IMG/VR virus record: IMGVR_UViG_3300043418_000072
Span: 62,001-126,000 of that record
Direction: 5' to 3' (one strand)
DNA length: 64,000 nucleotides
The first letter of the stretch is position 1. The number at the start of each line of letters is the position of its first letter. The notes beneath the pieces were generated by a model. That model was not told where the DNA came from, did no database searches, and saw only the letters and a list, made by a program, of their open reading frames with translations. Shown here in pieces: positions 62,151 through 64,000 of this stretch. The translations under genes and the position numbers were made by a program.

Positions 62151-63109
62151 CAGTCTAGTAAGTTAATTTGTTGACTTAACGGAATGAACACGCTGCGCAA
62201 CTGCTCAATGTGTCGATTAAACCCCGAAGGAGTAAGTTCACGCTCGTCAATGAATATTAGATTGGTATCGTAATACTGCTTGATCTCTGCGCTACGCAAT
62301 GCAGGGATGAAATTTTTAGCATACCAGTCCACAATCTCTTTAGGGGTGTTTGGCGGCAATGCAAGTGCCCATGCTGCAAATACGTTAATGTAGCTGCCGC
62401 CCACTCGAATAGGTTCTGCTGCGGGCAAATTAGCAAGGCGCTTTTCACCAGTGATGCCAATTACTTTAACGTGCCCGCTTTGTACTAGTGGCAGCGCAAT
62501 AGCAATGGGCATGATTCCAAACTCAATTCCTGCATCGCTAGCCACGGCTGTAACTGCCTGCAACGGGCCAGGGAACTGTGTAAACTTAACTTGAGTTTTG
62601 TTTCCACCAGCTTTCATCATAAAGAACTCGTATGCCATTCTGTGAGCTCCTCCACCAATTGCAAAAGTAATTGGCTTGTCTGTTTCTTTAACTAACTTAG
62701 CAAGTTCTGCAGGAGTAGTAATCTTGCTCTTGGGATTGGCAACGATCGCCAACGGACTCTTGCCCATACCAAATGCAGTTGTAAAACTGTTGTATTGGAA
62801 CTGCTTAATGTCCTTTTGCCAAATGTCATTTGTTACGTAGGTACTCATGTAACTGGGGATAGCAATAGTGTGGCCATCAGGTTTGGCGTTATATAGCAAG
62901 TTCATTGATACTACGCTGTCTGCGCCGGGCTTGAGGTCAATTACAAACACAGCAGGATTGGTTTTGTTAACCACTGCACTAATGGCGCGAAATCCAACTT
63001 CGTTGCCTGAGCCGGGTTGGTTACCAATTAAGACTGTAATGGGTTTAGTGGGTTCCCATGCAAACGCTAGCACAGGGATTAGTAGTAAGGTGATTAAAAA
63101 CTTTTTCAT
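62150..63109 (-). CDS. Tripartite tricarboxylate transporter substrate-binding protein (TctC/Bug family)
   Basis: Signal peptide; P.KPIT..I...PG.G, KPGA, KPDGHT and W.L..P.NTP.EIV motifs. Confidence 0.85.
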   Translation of the reverse strand: MKKFLITLLLIPVLAFAWEPTKPITVLIGNQPGSGNEVGFRAISAVVNKTNPAVFVIDLKPGADSVVSMNLLYNAKPDGHTIAIPSYMSTYVTNDIWQKDIKQFQYNSFTTAFGMGKSPLAIVANPKSKITTPAELAKLVKETDKPITFAIGGGAHRMAYEFFMMKAGGNKTQVKFTQFPGPLQAVTAVASDAGIEFGIMPIAIALPLVQSGHVKVIGITGEKRLANLPAAEPIRVGGSYINVFAAWALALPPNTPKEIVDWYAKNFIPALRSAEIKQYYDTNLIFIDERELTPSGFNRHIEQLRSVFIPLSQQINLLD

Positions 63110-63792
63110 ATTGTTCTCCGATTTAAATTAGTTTTAGATAGCAACCGGACTGGGTGCAAGTTAATCCAGTTATCTATGTGAGTTTGTTGAGGTTCGTTAA
63201 TTGAAAGGTCAAAATTGTTAAGTAATGCAGTACCAGGATCGTTAACTAGGTCTTTTAAAGAAACTTTAACATCAGCTTGGTCCATTGCCTGCTGCACCCC
63301 TTTTGTATAAATCTCACCGTCGATTACTTCTGCATTTCGTATAGCAAGTTTTGTACGCCTAATAGCTTCAGTTGTAGTTACAATTTCGTCTTTATACCAT
63401 TTTTTATAATATGCAAATGCTTTCTTATACCATGCCAATCTAAGCTCAGTGCGTAAGTCAGTATAGAGAAAAACTTTCTTCCCTGGTAAAGATTCCCACT
63501 GTTCAATATGATTGCAAGTGAAATATATTTTGTGTTTCCCAAGGTCCATTGTTTGAGTAACAGAATTTATAGGCCACGATTCAGTATTCTTCCATTCCGT
63601 CCCAACGGTCCACTGATTCTTGTATACTACTTTTTTAAAAAATAAAAACCATGACCGGTAAGAGTTGAGGGTGATATTTTCATGATGGAAATGGCATGTA
63701 TAGTTGCCACTTAACAATAACAAGTGCAAGAATAAAAAGCCGCCACTGCCACCGTAGTAGAATATATTTAGATCGCTAGAGTCTTTGCTCAT
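63106..63792 (-). CDS. Hypothetical protein (sulfotransferase-like N-terminus)
   Basis: YYGGSGGF.F.HLL motif. Confidence 0.55.
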   Translation of the reverse strand: MSKDSSDLNIFYYGGSGGFLFLHLLLLSGNYTCHFHHENITLNSYRSWFLFFKKVVYKNQWTVGTEWKNTESWPINSVTQTMDLGKHKIYFTCNHIEQWESLPGKKVFLYTDLRTELRLAWYKKAFAYYKKWYKDEIVTTTEAIRRTKLAIRNAEVIDGEIYTKGVQQAMDQADVKVSLKDLVNDPGTALLNNFDLSINEPQQTHIDNWINLHPVRLLSKTNLNRRTI

Positions 63793-64000
63793 TTAATAAT
63801 TGTGACTAGTATATCACTATGCTGTTTAGTTAATCGCACGTCGTGACCAAAGTTATTTTTAATCCATGCATCAGTGAAGTGGTTCCAGGTTGCATCGTGT
63901 TGGTATGCAAACTCCAGTATCCTTTTGTTCTGTACGCTGATCTCATGTAACATAGTTGGACTGTCTTGGTACCAACTGTAGTCAGGGTACTCAATATCAA
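63789..64000 (-). CDS. Hypothetical protein, C-terminal part (5' truncated)
   Basis: Open frame DIEYPDYSWYQD...VTIIK* with an ATGA overlap. Confidence 0.6.
   Translation of the reverse strand, partial: DIEYPDYSWYQDSPTMLHEISVQNKRILEFAYQHDATWNHFTDAWIKNNFGHDVRLTKQHSDILVTIIK

Noticed and set aside
1-64000. Alternative genetic code (stop-codon reassignment)
   Set aside because: Conserved genes translate full length with the standard code, coding density is high, and all three stop codons are used at gene ends.

Overview
The window is a densely coding segment of a large T4-like (myovirus-type) dsDNA phage genome. Evidence is a family-B DNA polymerase, a probable sliding clamp, a T4-type RNase H/5'-3' exonuclease, thyA and folA, a GH19 endolysin with spanins and a holin candidate, and both sigma70-type early promoters and TAAATA late-type promoters. 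The two-component spanins indicate a Gram-negative host, and a TctC/Bug solute-binding protein suggests a Betaproteobacterium. All genes after about 1.56 kb are on the minus strand. Main modules: (i) nucleotide and nucleotide-sugar metabolism; (ii) an early region with a MoxR-like AAA ATPase and a vWA-metallopeptidase; (iii) a ~16 kb 7-deazaguanine DNA-modification neighbourhood (queE, queD, folE, a second QueD-like T-fold protein with an LxxxHRHxF motif, a TGT/DpdA-like protein). It has no recognisable queC and is interleaved with two Rieske oxygenases, three SGGxDS PP-loop paralogues, MazG, a glycosyltransferase, GalE and an aminotransferase; (iv) replication genes; (v) a block of mosaic polyproteins with capsid-targeting-like N-termini, whose modules (HD (p)ppGpp hydrolase-like, nucleotidyltransferases, HExxH peptidase) are joined by xxE linkers, including a QGVAE linker whose DNA is repeated exactly; (vi) ClpA and DnaJ chaperones, and lysis genes. 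The strongest candidates for something new are the cassette-built virion-cargo polyproteins, the unusual deazaguanine cluster with a riboswitch-like pseudoknot upstream of queD, and a compact multi-stem ncRNA candidate at 43.4-43.5 kb. All assignments come from motif recognition by eye; no database search was run. Where noted, I moved start codons from the ORF track to a more plausible ATG/GTG.
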